From the IMG/VR virus record IMGVR_UViG_3300022848_000014, positions 9,734 through 73,733 of that record: DNA of 64,000 bases; one strand, 5' to 3'. Below are positions 21,259-31,910 of this stretch, in pieces (position 1 is the first letter of the stretch; every line of letters begins with the position of its first letter). This DNA comes from a virus. Below the pieces are notes generated by a model that did not search any database, was not told the DNA's origin, and saw nothing but the letters and a program-made list of their open reading frames with translations. Both the position numbers and the translations under genes were made by a program.

Positions 21259-22433
21259 GTTTCTCTGACTTCTATGAATTGTCTGGATAAGCCAAAATTC
21301 ATAGACAATTCTATTGCCTTTATGTTTTTCAAATGAGGGTTTTCAATACTCTCAAGGTAATTCACCATTGTATCGAAGAACTGTCCATCAAGTTCGTTGT
21401 CTTTTGCCAAAAATGATATGCCCCCAACCGATTGGCTAAAGTCATACTTTAAATGCTCTTTTAAATAGTCATCTGGGTCTAAGTTCTCTGGCATTGGAAG
21501 GAATTTTGGTTCCACACCTGAGTCTAGGAATAACCGAACGACTCTACTAGTTGCTTTTATACCTGCTTTGTCCCCATCATAGATGATTGTCCAATTCTTA
21601 GTCAATCTGAGGCATTCTTTTATCTGACCCTCAGTGAAAGACGTACCTAAAGGACAAAGGGTATTCTCATGCTTGTATTCATGCGAGGTGATAACGTCAG
21701 GGTTTCCTTCGAGCAGTATTCCATGATCTAACTTAACGATTGCGGACCTGGATTCAAAGATTCCATACAAAACGTTTGATTTAACGAATAGCTCAGTTTC
21801 TCTGCCATTGATATACTTGTACTCCTTGCCACCATCGATTCTTCTACCAGTGAATGATATGATAGACCCACTTCTTGATCTTATTGGAAAAATGAGCCTC
21901 CCACGCATTAAATTGTGCCCATTTTCACTGATGAGCCCACAGTTTTTGAAATGGCGATCATAATCTGCAGACGGAGTCATTGGGCAGTAGCCCAGTGCCC
22001 ACTTTTTAATTTGCTCTTGACTAAAGCGGGAAGCGTATTTCTGCGCTGAAGCCGACTGTTCAAGTAATGAGATAAAATAAGCTGACAGAATAGAAGCTGA
22101 AGCTTGTATCTGGGATCTTTTGGTTAAAAGTTCTTGAGGCACATCGTCCCCTAGTTCGATCCCGTACATTTCACCTAAGAAACGCATGGCATCTGGATAC
22201 TCAAGCCCCTCCATTTCCTCTACAAGAGTAATTGCATCACCACCCTTTCCCGACGAGAAATCCTTAAATATTTGCTTCGATGGGGAGAATAGGCAGCTTG
22301 CAGTGTCTTCATCACCAAAGGGTGACAAGCACTTCCAATTCGCGCCAGACTTAACCAGATTGAGATTGTAATGCCTTGCCACCTCTAGGATGTCTAGCTT
22401 TTCGCTTAATTCTGCCAGCTTTATGTGATTCAC
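21165..22433 (-). CDS. dnaG: DNA primase
   Basis: Zn-finger-like CLSPF.DEDTAS...FKDFSSGKGGD; RLIFPI, FTGR, KYIN..ET.LF.KS..LYG; TOPRIM EGNPD and YDGDKAG, DPD. Confidence 0.92.
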   Translation of the reverse strand: MNHIKLAELSEKLDILEVARHYNLNLVKSGANWKCLSPFGDEDTASCLFSPSKQIFKDFSSGKGGDAITLVEEMEGLEYPDAMRFLGEMYGIELGDDVPQELLTKRSQIQASASILSAYFISLLEQSASAQKYASRFSQEQIKKWALGYCPMTPSADYDRHFKNCGLISENGHNLMRGRLIFPIRSRSGSIISFTGRRIDGGKEYKYINGRETELFVKSNVLYGIFESRSAIVKLDHGILLEGNPDVITSHEYKHENTLCPLGTSFTEGQIKECLRLTKNWTIIYDGDKAGIKATSRVVRLFLDSGVEPKFLPMPENLDPDDYLKEHLKYDFSQSVGGISFLAKDNELDGQFFDTMVNYLESIENPHLKNIKAIELSMNFGLSRQFIEVRETWKKLHDSEEFYSSTSSKNLLDKWQVAQRSL

Positions 22434-22435
22434 GT

Positions 22436-24034
22436 CTATAGATTTAAATCATCTAGTGAATCATTAAGGAACTCGTCTAATGCTTCATTGGACATCTCAA
22501 GCATAGCGTCATCAACATCTAAGGCTGAGTCTGGGAACTTAGTATTGTATTTATCTTCAAAAGTCGGGAAGAGTCTACCATCTTTCTCAGCAAAAGCCCG
22601 CATAACTTTATGCAACAACTTATGGTGTCTCGGCTTATCAGGACTCCCATCACCCCATATAATACCCATTCTATTGCCTGAAACTTCGGCTATATCTGGG
22701 GTTCCTTTGTCTTCGGGAAGCTCTGAAGATTTTTGTGGCAGGTGTGGTCTCTCCGTTGCTTTCTCAGTGTTTCTCTCTTCTCGTTTCAACTCAACCTCTG
22801 GATACTTTTTTATAAAGAAAGCCTCCATTTGATTTTCGTCTTCCGCAAAAGTTTCAGTAAGCTCAAGCAAGCGTCCAGTGGTTTTTCGTCCAGGGATTTT
22901 ATCGACCCATCCCAAAAGAGCTGCAGGTGCTTTTGCATTAAGGAAGGTGATCATTTCCCCCCCATTGTCACACTGCTTAACAAGTTCGTGCCATGGTGGT
23001 GTTCCCTCGTTTTCTTTCGTCTCTTGAAATGGATCAGTACCATTGGGACTCTGTTCAAAGCGAAGCTTAAGTGCTCTTCCTTCCTCAATCGTTCCTGTCA
23101 CTGGATTCCCAAGGTTATAACTGTTCTCATCAAGACTCTCTAAATCTTGTATTGATAAGTTGTCAGTTTCTGGCGCATAAGACCATATTTTCCCCTCAAA
23201 GACCCCCTTAAGTTGTGGTTCTTGTGAGATGTGACCACCCGCATCTTCGGTCTTTCCTTTTACTCTGTCAACTAATTTCTTAGTCACACTACCATTCTCC
23301 TTCTCCTGCTTGGTGGCTTCTGACATGTCCATCTCATGTCCATTTAACTTCACAGTATTACCCAGACCTTTTTTGTAGTCCGTGTACTCTTCGGTCAAGA
23401 CAATGTTGCGTAGGATGTCACCAAAAAAGTCACGCACAACAAATCCTAAGGCTCGGTACATGCACATTCTTTCGGGATAGTCCCTCCAAAATTCAGAATC
23501 CTTGCCTTTAAGATCTGGATTGTAGAGTCCTGCTTTCTTCGCGTCTTCAATAGAGTAAGACCTTTCAAACGTAACTTCTGAACCCCCTATCTTTCTTTTC
23601 CCAGAAATGTAAAAAGTAAAACTACCATCTCTAATTGAGCCTTTGTAGTTTTCGTTCCATGCAAGGACAGCCCCAGAAGCAAATATTTTGGCCTTAGCAA
23701 TGTCGCCTTTGATCATAAAGCGACCATCACCAGTTGGGATGACTTGGCCAATAGACTCTGCCCATCCAAATCCGTTTTCAATACCGAATTCAATTACTGA
23801 AGCAATGATCCCTACTTTATTCTCAGAAGTCGCTATACGATCTGGGAGGGGTACATTGCTTGCAAGCCATTTTAGAAGCTTCTCGTAGTCTTCTAATGTT
23901 TCAACAGTTGTTAGTCGGGTGCTGATAAACCCTTTGTGTTCATTATGCATCATAGTTATTTGATTTATTTGTAACATATTGAGGTGTTGATATTTTTTAA
24001 TTACATCTGGGTCAAATTGTAATGGTATCTTCAT
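22436..24034 (-). CDS. RecT-like single-strand annealing protein with long C-terminal extension
   Basis: YSIEDAKKAGL...W.DYPERMCMYRALGFVVRD.F.D.L motif; near the YqaJ exonuclease. Confidence 0.6.
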   Translation of the reverse strand: MKIPLQFDPDVIKKYQHLNMLQINQITMMHNEHKGFISTRLTTVETLEDYEKLLKWLASNVPLPDRIATSENKVGIIASVIEFGIENGFGWAESIGQVIPTGDGRFMIKGDIAKAKIFASGAVLAWNENYKGSIRDGSFTFYISGKRKIGGSEVTFERSYSIEDAKKAGLYNPDLKGKDSEFWRDYPERMCMYRALGFVVRDFFGDILRNIVLTEEYTDYKKGLGNTVKLNGHEMDMSEATKQEKENGSVTKKLVDRVKGKTEDAGGHISQEPQLKGVFEGKIWSYAPETDNLSIQDLESLDENSYNLGNPVTGTIEEGRALKLRFEQSPNGTDPFQETKENEGTPPWHELVKQCDNGGEMITFLNAKAPAALLGWVDKIPGRKTTGRLLELTETFAEDENQMEAFFIKKYPEVELKREERNTEKATERPHLPQKSSELPEDKGTPDIAEVSGNRMGIIWGDGSPDKPRHHKLLHKVMRAFAEKDGRLFPTFEDKYNTKFPDSALDVDDAMLEMSNEALDEFLNDSLDDLNL

Positions 24035-24747
24035 TAAAACGGAAGGTCATCTGGTGGCATACTTTCATGGTTGGGCAAGTCCATACCCGTCTCTTGCTTG
24101 CCTGGCGTACCCGAAAATGATCTATCTTCAGGTAATGCATCTAAAGCTGGGGCTGGTTTTGCTGCCGGACCATCACGATCTGGAATACCAGGGCAATTTG
24201 GCTTGATCTTTTCCGCAATGATCTTCTCCATCATTTCATTTATTGCAGTATGATCGTATACGTCTTTGCCGTTGATGACATGCTTTGTTGATTTTGGCAA
24301 TTGATCCATACTCCATCTCCAACCATACATACCGTCTTTACCGCTTGTACCAGGTTCCCGAACACAAAGGGAACTGTATCCACTCTTGTTCTCGTAGACA
24401 CTAATATTAAGCTCCTTTCCTGCCTTGATTTCTGCTTCACAAGCGGATAGAGTGTTTATCAAAGACCTCCCAAGCATTGAGAAGCTAGAGTCAACTTTGT
24501 GGATCGGTTCATCCTCGCCAAAATCAAATGAGAATACAATTTTCTTGTACTCTTCTCCTTTTTGGCTTTTCTGGGACTTCACCTCAATATCAACCAACTT
24601 ACCCTCTATGTAAGAGTAGTTTTCAATGGGTGTCCATTTGCCCTCCAATTTTGCTAGTTCAGAGAAATATGTTTTCTTTTCCAGCTTGTCAAACCTGAGT
24701 TGTAGAAAGACAAACTTGTTACCTGCTGAGTTACCTTTTCCTGCCAT
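24034..24747 (-). CDS. Single-stranded DNA-binding protein-like
   Basis: Beta-rich core; acidic C-terminal tail ending DDLPF. Confidence 0.6.
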   Translation of the reverse strand: MAGKGNSAGNKFVFLQLRFDKLEKKTYFSELAKLEGKWTPIENYSYIEGKLVDIEVKSQKSQKGEEYKKIVFSFDFGEDEPIHKVDSSFSMLGRSLINTLSACEAEIKAGKELNISVYENKSGYSSLCVREPGTSGKDGMYGWRWSMDQLPKSTKHVINGKDVYDHTAINEMMEKIIAEKIKPNCPGIPDRDGPAAKPAPALDALPEDRSFSGTPGKQETGMDLPNHESMPPDDLPF

Positions 24748-25232
24748 TAGATTAAATTTTTAGCGTAGTGCGCCATTAATAGTGCGTCTACTTTAGGGTT
24801 AGTGAATTTTATGTGTGGATATAATCGTTCGGCTATCTGACGTAGCCTGTTTTTGTGTTCTACTTTACTCTCTCCTTTTACAACGACAAGCCCTATGGCT
24901 TTCTGCCATGTTCGCGGAGTAACCATGTGTGTTTCTGCTTGGACTATCTCAGCAAACATTTTGCATTTACCGTTATTTTCACCAAAACTGAAGGAAGATA
25001 CTACCCCCTGCTTTGGCATTGCGTGAACCTTTTCCATTACGCACCGAATACCCATGACTTTTGAATATGGTCGCCATGTCTGGGCAAACAACACTAAGTC
25101 ACGTTCTGTTGGCTTCTTACTGAATTCAAAAAATGTGCATTCGCTGGGAGTCACCATGTCATTAATAACAGCGATACAGCCGCTACTCCCCCCTGGGTCT
25201 ATTCCAATGTTGATTGAGTGTGATTGAGTCAT
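24747..25232 (-). CDS. RuvC-like Holliday junction resolvase
   Basis: IGIDPG, EKVHAMPKQGVVSSFSFG, P.TWQK, DALLMA. Confidence 0.88.
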   Translation of the reverse strand: MTQSHSINIGIDPGGSSGCIAVINDMVTPSECTFFEFSKKPTERDLVLFAQTWRPYSKVMGIRCVMEKVHAMPKQGVVSSFSFGENNGKCKMFAEIVQAETHMVTPRTWQKAIGLVVVKGESKVEHKNRLRQIAERLYPHIKFTNPKVDALLMAHYAKNLI

Positions 25233-25482
25233 GTACTAATATTCTGGTTGGTGTAATTGATCTTATGATTCCTAATTCTGTGTCTGCAACTAATCCTATG
25301 ATTTCCGATAGCTGATGAGTGCCCCCGTGTCCGTCCCCTATGAGTGTAATTTCATTGCCCCAGTGAAGGAATGTCCCTAGTCTTGGTAAGAATCCACTCT
25401 TTGGGTCATAATCTTCATACTGGGTATCAATCTCATCGTAATCGTCAGTCCATAGGTAATAGACTAGATCTCCTTCGATCAT
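25183..25482 (-). CDS. Hypothetical protein
   Basis: 99 aa ORF in the operon. Confidence 0.55.
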   Translation of the reverse strand: MIEGDLVYYLWTDDYDEIDTQYEDYDPKSGFLPRLGTFLHWGNEITLIGDGHGGTHQLSEIIGLVADTELGIIRSITPTRILVHDSITLNQHWNRPRGE

Positions 25483-26639
25483 AGGTTAAAGTCTAGTTTA
25501 CTGACATTTCCCTTCAATTCCTTTTCGTCGAATTCTTCGCCAATTTTGGTGGTCATCATGTTGGATTTACCCATTCTTAAATATCCATCATCAAAGACTA
25601 TTTCGCGCACCTGATTGTCTACCAATAAACCCATGAGTTCATTATATCGACGGTCTTGCATCTGCTTGATAACCTTGCCGTACTTTTTGGCTAATTCATA
25701 TTGACGAAGCTTGGTGTAAGACTTAAATGTGCCTTTCATGTAAGAACGCTCACGCTGGAATTTACCAGATTTCCATCTTCTGTATGCCTCTGTGCTGTTC
25801 GGTCCTGGCTGAAGGTTGTCGATTGCCTCATAAAGCTTTGCGGCCTCAGAAACACGTCCTTTTGCCTCGGCTTGCCTTGCTTCCATAAAGAATCTACGGG
25901 CAGGTAACACGCGATTAAACCACCAATCTTTGGAAACTTCTATGATGATTTCAGCAAGTTCTTTATCACGTTCATAATACCTGACGCTAAAGTGTTGACC
26001 AGCTTTCTTGATTGCAATCTCAGCATAATCAGATTCAGTTACCACCATTTGTTGATGAAGCTGAATCACATATTGAGTAGGCATCCCAGTCTCATACCCT
26101 TTACCAGTGTACTCACCAATCGTTTTGATTTCTAAAGGTGCCGCCTTTAATAGTGGCTCTCCCGTGATCATGTTTGCGGACCCAGGGGCAATAGCCATAT
26201 CTAAACTTGAAAAAAGCCAAGGCATTTTTTGATTGACTAAGTAGTATTTAGTCTCAAGTGACTTTCTGATTAGGTACTGATCTAATTTACCTGAGTCAAT
26301 CCATTTCTTGTGGTTGGCAATATAACCCTCAGGGGTTCCATCCCAAAATTGCCATACTTCACCAATAATGGGTTCATCGGTATGGCCCCAGAATGTAAGT
26401 TGATTACTAAATTCTACTGGTGTCTCCCTGCCAATCTTATGCTCAAACATTTCAGCAGGAGATGGTGCGTATTCATTGATCGGTAGTCCCGTATCAACAT
26501 CTTCAATAAGCTTTGCCATTTCTGAAGCACCAATACCCCCAGGGTAATCGGGTATGCCAGTTGTTCTAAATCTGAACCACTCAGGGCTATGTGCTTTTAT
26601 AGCGAACTTGTGAAAATGATCTTCTGTAAATATTTCCAT
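25479..26639 (-). CDS. YqaJ-like viral recombinase/exonuclease
   Basis: EWFRFR..GIGASE, WGH..EP, SSLD, LEIKT, Y.IQLHQQM. Confidence 0.85.
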   Translation of the reverse strand: MEIFTEDHFHKFAIKAHSPEWFRFRTTGIPDYPGGIGASEMAKLIEDVDTGLPINEYAPSPAEMFEHKIGRETPVEFSNQLTFWGHTDEPIIGEVWQFWDGTPEGYIANHKKWIDSGKLDQYLIRKSLETKYYLVNQKMPWLFSSLDMAIAPGSANMITGEPLLKAAPLEIKTIGEYTGKGYETGMPTQYVIQLHQQMVVTESDYAEIAIKKAGQHFSVRYYERDKELAEIIIEVSKDWWFNRVLPARRFFMEARQAEAKGRVSEAAKLYEAIDNLQPGPNSTEAYRRWKSGKFQRERSYMKGTFKSYTKLRQYELAKKYGKVIKQMQDRRYNELMGLLVDNQVREIVFDDGYLRMGKSNMMTTKIGEEFDEKELKGNVSKLDFNL

Positions 26640-28267
26640 ATTCTGTCGAATTGTGGTTTTAGTAATTTTAATTGTGCCTTGCGAATCTCTAAGTTCAAGC
26701 CATTTTCATCAGCTATTCCTAATTCATTGCAATCGGTTACAAACATATCAAAATCTTGGTTAATATTCAGGAAAGCGGTTGGATTATTATCCAAAGCCTC
26801 AATAGACATTCTATTCGTCCAAATATGTTCTACCAATCTGGAACAACTTTGACTCTGGTCGAATATTACAAGGAGTGCTTCCATTTCTTTGTCCCACTTC
26901 TCAGTCTCATAAATGTATGCCTCAAGCTGGTGCCTTTGTTCCGCTGGTATTGCTTCAAGATCATATTTATTTTGTGCTGCCTTTCTTTTAGCAATCAATT
27001 CAATCTTAGTTCTTAGATACTGGGTTTTGAAATGACTAATGCTTGCGCTTAATTGGGCGTGAACACTAACATCAATGCTTTGATCACCAAAATATCGATT
27101 CTTGTATTTTATTTGATCCATTTTTTTAGGTCTTTGATTAGATTGTTTAGCTCATCCCTCTTTGCTTCTAGGGTTATTTCGTCTTTTTTAAGTTTGCTGT
27201 TTTCTAGTTCCAATTCAGAAATTTGCTTCTGCATCATAACGAATGTGGCCTGACACCTAGAGATGTACTGAAAACTATAATCAAGAGCACCTAAAGCTTC
27301 TTTCTTTCGCTCAAAGGCAGGGGCTTCATTAATAGCTTTGACAGCCGCTTGGTGGTACTGCCTCACCGATTCCATTTTAAGTAAGTCAGTGTTTGTCTCT
27401 GCGGATATAAATTGGTCAAATGGCATTCCTTCGCTCATTGTTCATCGCTTTTTGCCTCTTGGCTGGTTCTTTTTTAGTTAGGATTTTCTTTGCCGCTTTG
27501 ACAGAATCCCTAAGTTCTGCGGGTATATTTGCTTGCTGGAAAAATGTTGCATTGTGATCCATTTGATCAAGAAAATCAAGTTGGTCTCTGGACATACCTT
27601 CTATGATCCTTTTACCATCCGTTGTCCACATGTAGTGATCTTCCTTGAGTATTCGCCCAATGACAGGGTGTTTATGCTGATTGGCCATCCTCTTCAAGAT
27701 AGAGGTGTACATATCTTGATCGGTTGTTGGTCTAATCATTTTATGCTGCAACATTTTAGCTATAACTATTTTGTAGTGGTCTTTAGAGTATGGCCCACCA
27801 AAGGAGTTAACGAGGTTGTAGCTGATGCTATGTATTTTCCAGAATTTCACCGCTTGCAGATATGTGTTGTACATACCCAGAATAATTAAGAAGTGGTCTG
27901 TAGTGAGCTTAAAATGCCGACTCTGAAATTTAGCTTTTAAGAAAGGTACTGAAGCGAAATTGATAAATATAGGGTTGCGCTGATGTCTGTTGACTTTCTT
28001 TTTCAATTCATGGTATGACTCTGCCATGCATTGTCGCTTTACCGCAAACCTAAAAGCTCCCTTGTAGGTATCAAACTCATCTTTGAATTTACACTTACCT
28101 AGAATGTGGCCATACCTCACAGCATACTGATGTGCATTTGGGTCCACAGCAGGATCAATCTTTCCGAATTTCATGTAAACGGATTTGTCCATGTAAATTT
28201 TACGCAGGTAATGGGCACTTATTCTACGGTAAATCAAGTGCTTTTCCAACGGAGTTAGCTTTGCCAT
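26597..28267 (-). CDS. Three hypothetical ORFs (26597-27121, 27109-27438, 27416-28267)
   Basis: Overlapping minus-strand ORFs between helicase and YqaJ. Confidence 0.6.
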
Positions 28268-29210
28268 CTATTTGCTTGGGGTATAAGTTAATTCCTAATT
28301 TCTTCTGATAGTATCTGTGCCTTTTTGCATCCCACTTAACGATGACCCGCTTAACGTAAGACCCCTGCTCTTTTACTTCTTCAGGCTTCTGCTTACCATA
28401 GAGTATGACCGAATCATTTTGCTCGTAGGGAAAGCCAGGTTCGATGTCAAGGTAGGTTGGTGGCCTCCATATTCCAATCATTGCCATTCCCCGTCGAAAC
28501 CACTCTTGGCCATGGGCTAATTCTTGAGGGTCTGGCGCTGGATAATAGAGCTGCATTTGGCCATCTATCTTAATTGCTACTTTTTTCTGGTCACGTAAAT
28601 GGACAACTACAATGTTGTAGCGCATTTTCTTGTCTGCATTTTTCCGTATCCAGATCAATTCCTTCTGAAGGACAATATCTCGACTGGGTTGTGATCTCCA
28701 ATCTATCTCAAGCTCATCAATCGGATCGACAAGTGTTATCTGGAATTCAATACCAAGTTCTTTCTCTACTTGATCCACTCTATTATACCAGTCTCTTAAG
28801 GCAACTTGCTCTTCAGTTCCCTTTTCCTCGTGGTCCAGGATAACGAAGTGCTCATAGACAAATGCTTCAGCAGTCATCCTTTCGGTCTTCGTCATTTGAT
28901 TATTGAAGGTGTCGATGTAGTCTTTCTCTGCTACCATCTCTGCAAGCTTCCTATAGATAGTGGCTGGCTTACCGGTCTCTGGGGACATTAGTATTGTCTT
29001 CATACCATATAGGATAGCCATATCAATAAGTAGGTCAAAGACCCATTGGGTTTTACCCGTATGCGGTGGGCCGTACACGTAGAGTGTAGTACCAAGGACT
29101 ACGGAGAATGGTTCGTGATAAACCTTAAGGGACTGCTTGTATCCACGTCCCACACCCTCATCGTATACCTTGTGCATTGTATCTCTGTGCTCGTCTAGTC
29201 TGCTAAACAT
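28224..29210 (-). CDS. SF4 (DnaB/twinkle-like) replicative helicase
   Basis: Walker A GPPHTGKT, catalytic SPE, Walker B LVDP, VVH. Confidence 0.8.
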   Translation of the reverse strand: MFSRLDEHRDTMHKVYDEGVGRGYKQSLKVYHEPFSVVLGTTLYVYGPPHTGKTQWVFDLLIDMAILYGMKTILMSPETGKPATIYRKLAEMVAEKDYIDTFNNQMTKTERMTAEAFVYEHFVILDHEEKGTEEQVALRDWYNRVDQVEKELGIEFQITLVDPIDELEIDWRSQPSRDIVLQKELIWIRKNADKKMRYNIVVVHLRDQKKVAIKIDGQMQLYYPAPDPQELAHGQEWFRRGMAMIGIWRPPTYLDIEPGFPYEQNDSVILYGKQKPEEVKEQGSYVKRVIVKWDAKRHRYYQKKLGINLYPKQIDGKANSVGKALDLP

Positions 29211-29378
29211 TTATTTAGTTAGTTTTTTTTCCACTTTTTCAATCCAAATAACAACATCCATAAGATCACAAGTGGGTATTCCTCGATCACATTCTGAGTC
29301 ATAATTATTAATACGCCTCATAAGTTCATCCTTAAACTTTTGAGCCGATACATTTTTTAATTTCTTCTTCATGATTAA

Positions 29379-29462
29379 CATATTTCTCCGTAAGTACTCC
29401 GAAAGACGTTGCTCAACAGTCGCTTAATGCCATTCGAAGAGAACGGCACGAAGCTTAGTGTT
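29379..29462 (+). repeat. 84-bp array-anchor element (putative attI-like site), copy A
   Basis: Reverse complement of 45051-45134 with 2 mismatches; ends in the GTT core; internal hairpin GCTT-TGCC-TTC/GAA-GGCA-AAGC. Confidence 0.85.
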
Positions 29463-29473
29463 AGCTGCAAGTG

Positions 29474-30307
29474 CTACGTTCCAGTTTTAATTGAAAGTTC
29501 GTACATATCAGCCGTAATAATATTTTTTTCTCCCACCCTCTCTTTTGAGATTTGATACATATCAAAATCATTTTCAATGCCAATGTAGTTTCTTTTTGTT
29601 TCAAAACAAGAAAGTCCAGTTGTATTACTTCCGCAAGTATTATCAAGAACCCAATCATTTTCATTTGAGTAGGTTTTAACAAGGTATTTAATCAACTCCA
29701 GTGGTTTTTGAGTTGGATGTAATGCTGATTTTTGTTTATCAGTAGCAAAACTCAAAACACTTTTCGGGTATCGTTCTGTACTATCATAAGTTGTAAGCCC
29801 ATGTTCACCATAGTTAGTAGTCTTTTTAGAGTTTCTTTTATGCTTTGCTGTGCTTACCTTTCTTTCGTGTCCAGTAGTCTTTTGTGGGTTATACGTTGGT
29901 AATCTCTTGTAGAATACCAGTATGTCTTCGTGGCTTCTCAATGGCATTCTTTTAGCGTTTAAGTGTCCTGTTGGGGTTGTTTTTTGCCAAATTAGATTAT
30001 ATCTATGTAGCTTCTCATTTGAGAGCATCAACCTTGCAGAAAATTTATCCTGTCCGAAAAGAACTATTGCCCCATTTTTAACTATTATTCTTTCGTATTG
30101 CTCCCAAAGTAAATTCAAATCAATGAGTGAATCCCATTTATTCTTAGTTACACCATAAGGTAAATCACAACAAATTAGGTTTATGCTTTGGTCGGGTATT
30201 TGTTTCATCATCTGAAGGCAGTCTCCAAACCAAAGAATGTTTTTGGTTTTTTCAAAACCATCTTTGCCACCGCTCAAAAAAATATTATTACTACGTTCGT
30301 TTTTCAT
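29474..30307 (-). CDS. DNA N6-adenine/N4-cytosine methyltransferase (beta class), cassette A1
   Basis: DLPYG, HPTQKP, DNTCGS motifs. Confidence 0.92.
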   Translation of the reverse strand: MKNERSNNIFLSGGKDGFEKTKNILWFGDCLQMMKQIPDQSINLICCDLPYGVTKNKWDSLIDLNLLWEQYERIIVKNGAIVLFGQDKFSARLMLSNEKLHRYNLIWQKTTPTGHLNAKRMPLRSHEDILVFYKRLPTYNPQKTTGHERKVSTAKHKRNSKKTTNYGEHGLTTYDSTERYPKSVLSFATDKQKSALHPTQKPLELIKYLVKTYSNENDWVLDNTCGSNTTGLSCFETKRNYIGIENDFDMYQISKERVGEKNIITADMYELSIKTGT

Positions 30308-30339
30308 ATCAAAGTTTTGTGTTTAAAATCCGCACCAGT

Positions 30340-30437
30340 CAGCTAACATGGTATATAAAAAATAGCCTATTAAAGTTCGGTGTATAATATCAATGTTTGT
30401 GGTCAGGCTACTTTTCATATACCTGTCCGTTAGCAAC
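30340..30437 (+). repeat. attC-like palindromic site A1
   Basis: CAGCTAAC-ATG-GTATAT..TAGCCT...AGGCTA..ATATAC-CTGTCC-GTTAGCAAC. Confidence 0.8.
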
Positions 30438-30445
30438 AATAAAAA

Positions 30446-30643
30446 TTATTCCTCCCACCAGTAAAGCACCTTAAAGAAGCTCTTTATCATTTCAGGAACA
30501 TCCCATTCATCACCTAACCAAGTGCTTTCCCCTTCACCATTGTTACAAGAAGGTGCATTGTTTTTTATTCTGTATTTACCAACAGAAGTTGGTTGTCTTT
30601 CGTTTGTGCTTACCCAAGCCATAATTTTAAAAGTTGCTAACAA
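30446..30643 (-). CDS. Small hypothetical protein, cassette A2
   Basis: MAWVSTNERQP...W (DUF551-like N-terminus); probable true start at the ATG near 30622. Confidence 0.6.
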   Translation of the reverse strand: MLATFKIMAWVSTNERQPTSVGKYRIKNNAPSCNNGEGESTWLGDEWDVPEMIKSFFKVLYWWEE

Positions 30644-30729
30644 AAGCTATAAATAAAAGCCTTGTTAAGGTTTGTGTGTGAATTGAACTTTGTGTTGAAG
30701 GCTTCAATTCATAGCCTAGTCATTACCTG
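30633..30729 (+). repeat. attC-like palindromic site A2 (core mutated GTT>ATT)
   Basis: GTTGCTAAC-AAAA-GCTAT..AAGCCTT...AAGGCTT..ATAGC-CTAGTC-ATTACCTG. Confidence 0.75.
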
Positions 30730-30736
30730 CAAGTGC

Positions 30737-31876
30737 TTAGACTTGTGCTAAACTTGAAGATTCGTGCTTATCATCCCGTAATAATATTTTTTTTCTCCCC
30801 TCTTTTGATTCTGCTAATATTAGAGCTTTGAATATTTGAAATGCAACCTGGGGTACAATTGCATTTCCGTATGCTTTTATTGATTCTTGTCGCCATTTAG
30901 GAAAGGTAATTCCGTCCAGTTGGTTGGAAATCCCATCATTTCCGCTACAAATTGGGGATTGAGTTGGCCATCTACCATCATAGTAAGTCCAACTTGCTTT
31001 CCTTTCTCCAAACGATTCAGAACGCATTTGTCCTTTGGGTTTCCCCTGTTCCTGTTGTCGCTTGCATTCGGTGTCGGCAACATTCCTTTTTGATTCCACT
31101 TCGCTACCGTTTCTTCCAAATTCCCTTTGTTCCTGTTTGCTAATTTCTCGCTGTTTAGATTGCATCCGTTTACTTGGTTCGCTCTCGGTGTCGGTATTAA
31201 TCCCTGAGATATTTGATGTGATAATGTTGTTTGAACTTTCGTTCCGTCTTTCCTGTACCAAGAGGTTTCCTTCCAAATCCAACCTTTTTCTTTTGCTCTC
31301 TCTGGCGTTATGTTCGCCATTGGATTTGCGCTCGGTGTTGATAGCAATAAACCAGACCCTATCTCTTCTATGGGGAGCGTTGACGGCAGCAGCTGGAAGT
31401 ACACACGGTTGTACTTTGTACCCTTCATTTTCCAAGTCAGCTTGCACCTCGTTGAAAACCAATCCGTCATTCCAACTAATGAGACCAGAAACATTTTCTG
31501 CCACAACATATTTGGGTTTAATCTCTCGAATTGCTCTAAGCATTTCTGGCCAGAGGTGTCGGTCATCTTCTTTACCAAGTCTTTTACCTGCTGAGCTGTA
31601 AGGTTGGCAGGGGAATCCTCCTGTGAGGATGTCAATTTTTCCTCTGTGAATAGAGAAGTCTGTTTTGGTAATGTCTTCATAAGATATTGCTTTAGGCCAG
31701 TAATGTTTTAGTATTCGTTGACCAAATTCGTTCCATTCGCAATGAAATACGTTTTCCCACCCCATCCATTCAGCAGCTAAATCAAAGCCACCAATTCCAG
31801 AGAACAGAGAACCGTGTTTTAGGCTATCGCCTAATTTGCCATCGCTCAAAAAAATATTATTACTACGTTCAGTCAT
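30737..31876 (-). CDS. DNA C5-cytosine methyltransferase (alpha polypeptide), cassette A3
   Basis: SLFSGIGG, GGFPCQP, ENV, RDRVW, GNAIVPQV. Confidence 0.92.
   Translation of the reverse strand: MTERSNNIFLSDGKLGDSLKHGSLFSGIGGFDLAAEWMGWENVFHCEWNEFGQRILKHYWPKAISYEDITKTDFSIHRGKIDILTGGFPCQPYSSAGKRLGKEDDRHLWPEMLRAIREIKPKYVVAENVSGLISWNDGLVFNEVQADLENEGYKVQPCVLPAAAVNAPHRRDRVWFIAINTERKSNGEHNARESKRKRLDLEGNLLVQERRNESSNNIITSNISGINTDTESEPSKRMQSKQREISKQEQREFGRNGSEVESKRNVADTECKRQQEQGKPKGQMRSESFGERKASWTYYDGRWPTQSPICSGNDGISNQLDGITFPKWRQESIKAYGNAIVPQVAFQIFKALILAESKEGRKKILLRDDKHESSSLAQV
30877..31680 (-). CDS. Nested alternative-frame ORF, putative MTase beta polypeptide (TRD/motif IX)
   Basis: 267 aa open frame inside the C5 MTase; repeated L(L/I)PTP units and LNPQFVAEMMGFPTNWT. 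Confidence 0.65.
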   Translation of the reverse strand: MKTLPKQTSLFTEEKLTSSQEDSPANLTAQQVKDLVKKMTDTSGQKCLEQFERLNPNMLWQKMFLVSLVGMTDWFSTRCKLTWKMKGTKYNRVYFQLLPSTLPIEEIGSGLLLSTPSANPMANITPERAKEKGWIWKETSWYRKDGTKVQTTLSHQISQGLIPTPRANQVNGCNLNSEKLANRNKGNLEETVAKWNQKGMLPTPNASDNRNRGNPKDKCVLNRLEKGKQVGLTMMVDGQLNPQFVAEMMGFPTNWTELPFLNGDKNQ

Positions 31877-31910
31877 TTAATTAAAGTTTGTGTTTATTAA
31901 TCGCACCAGT

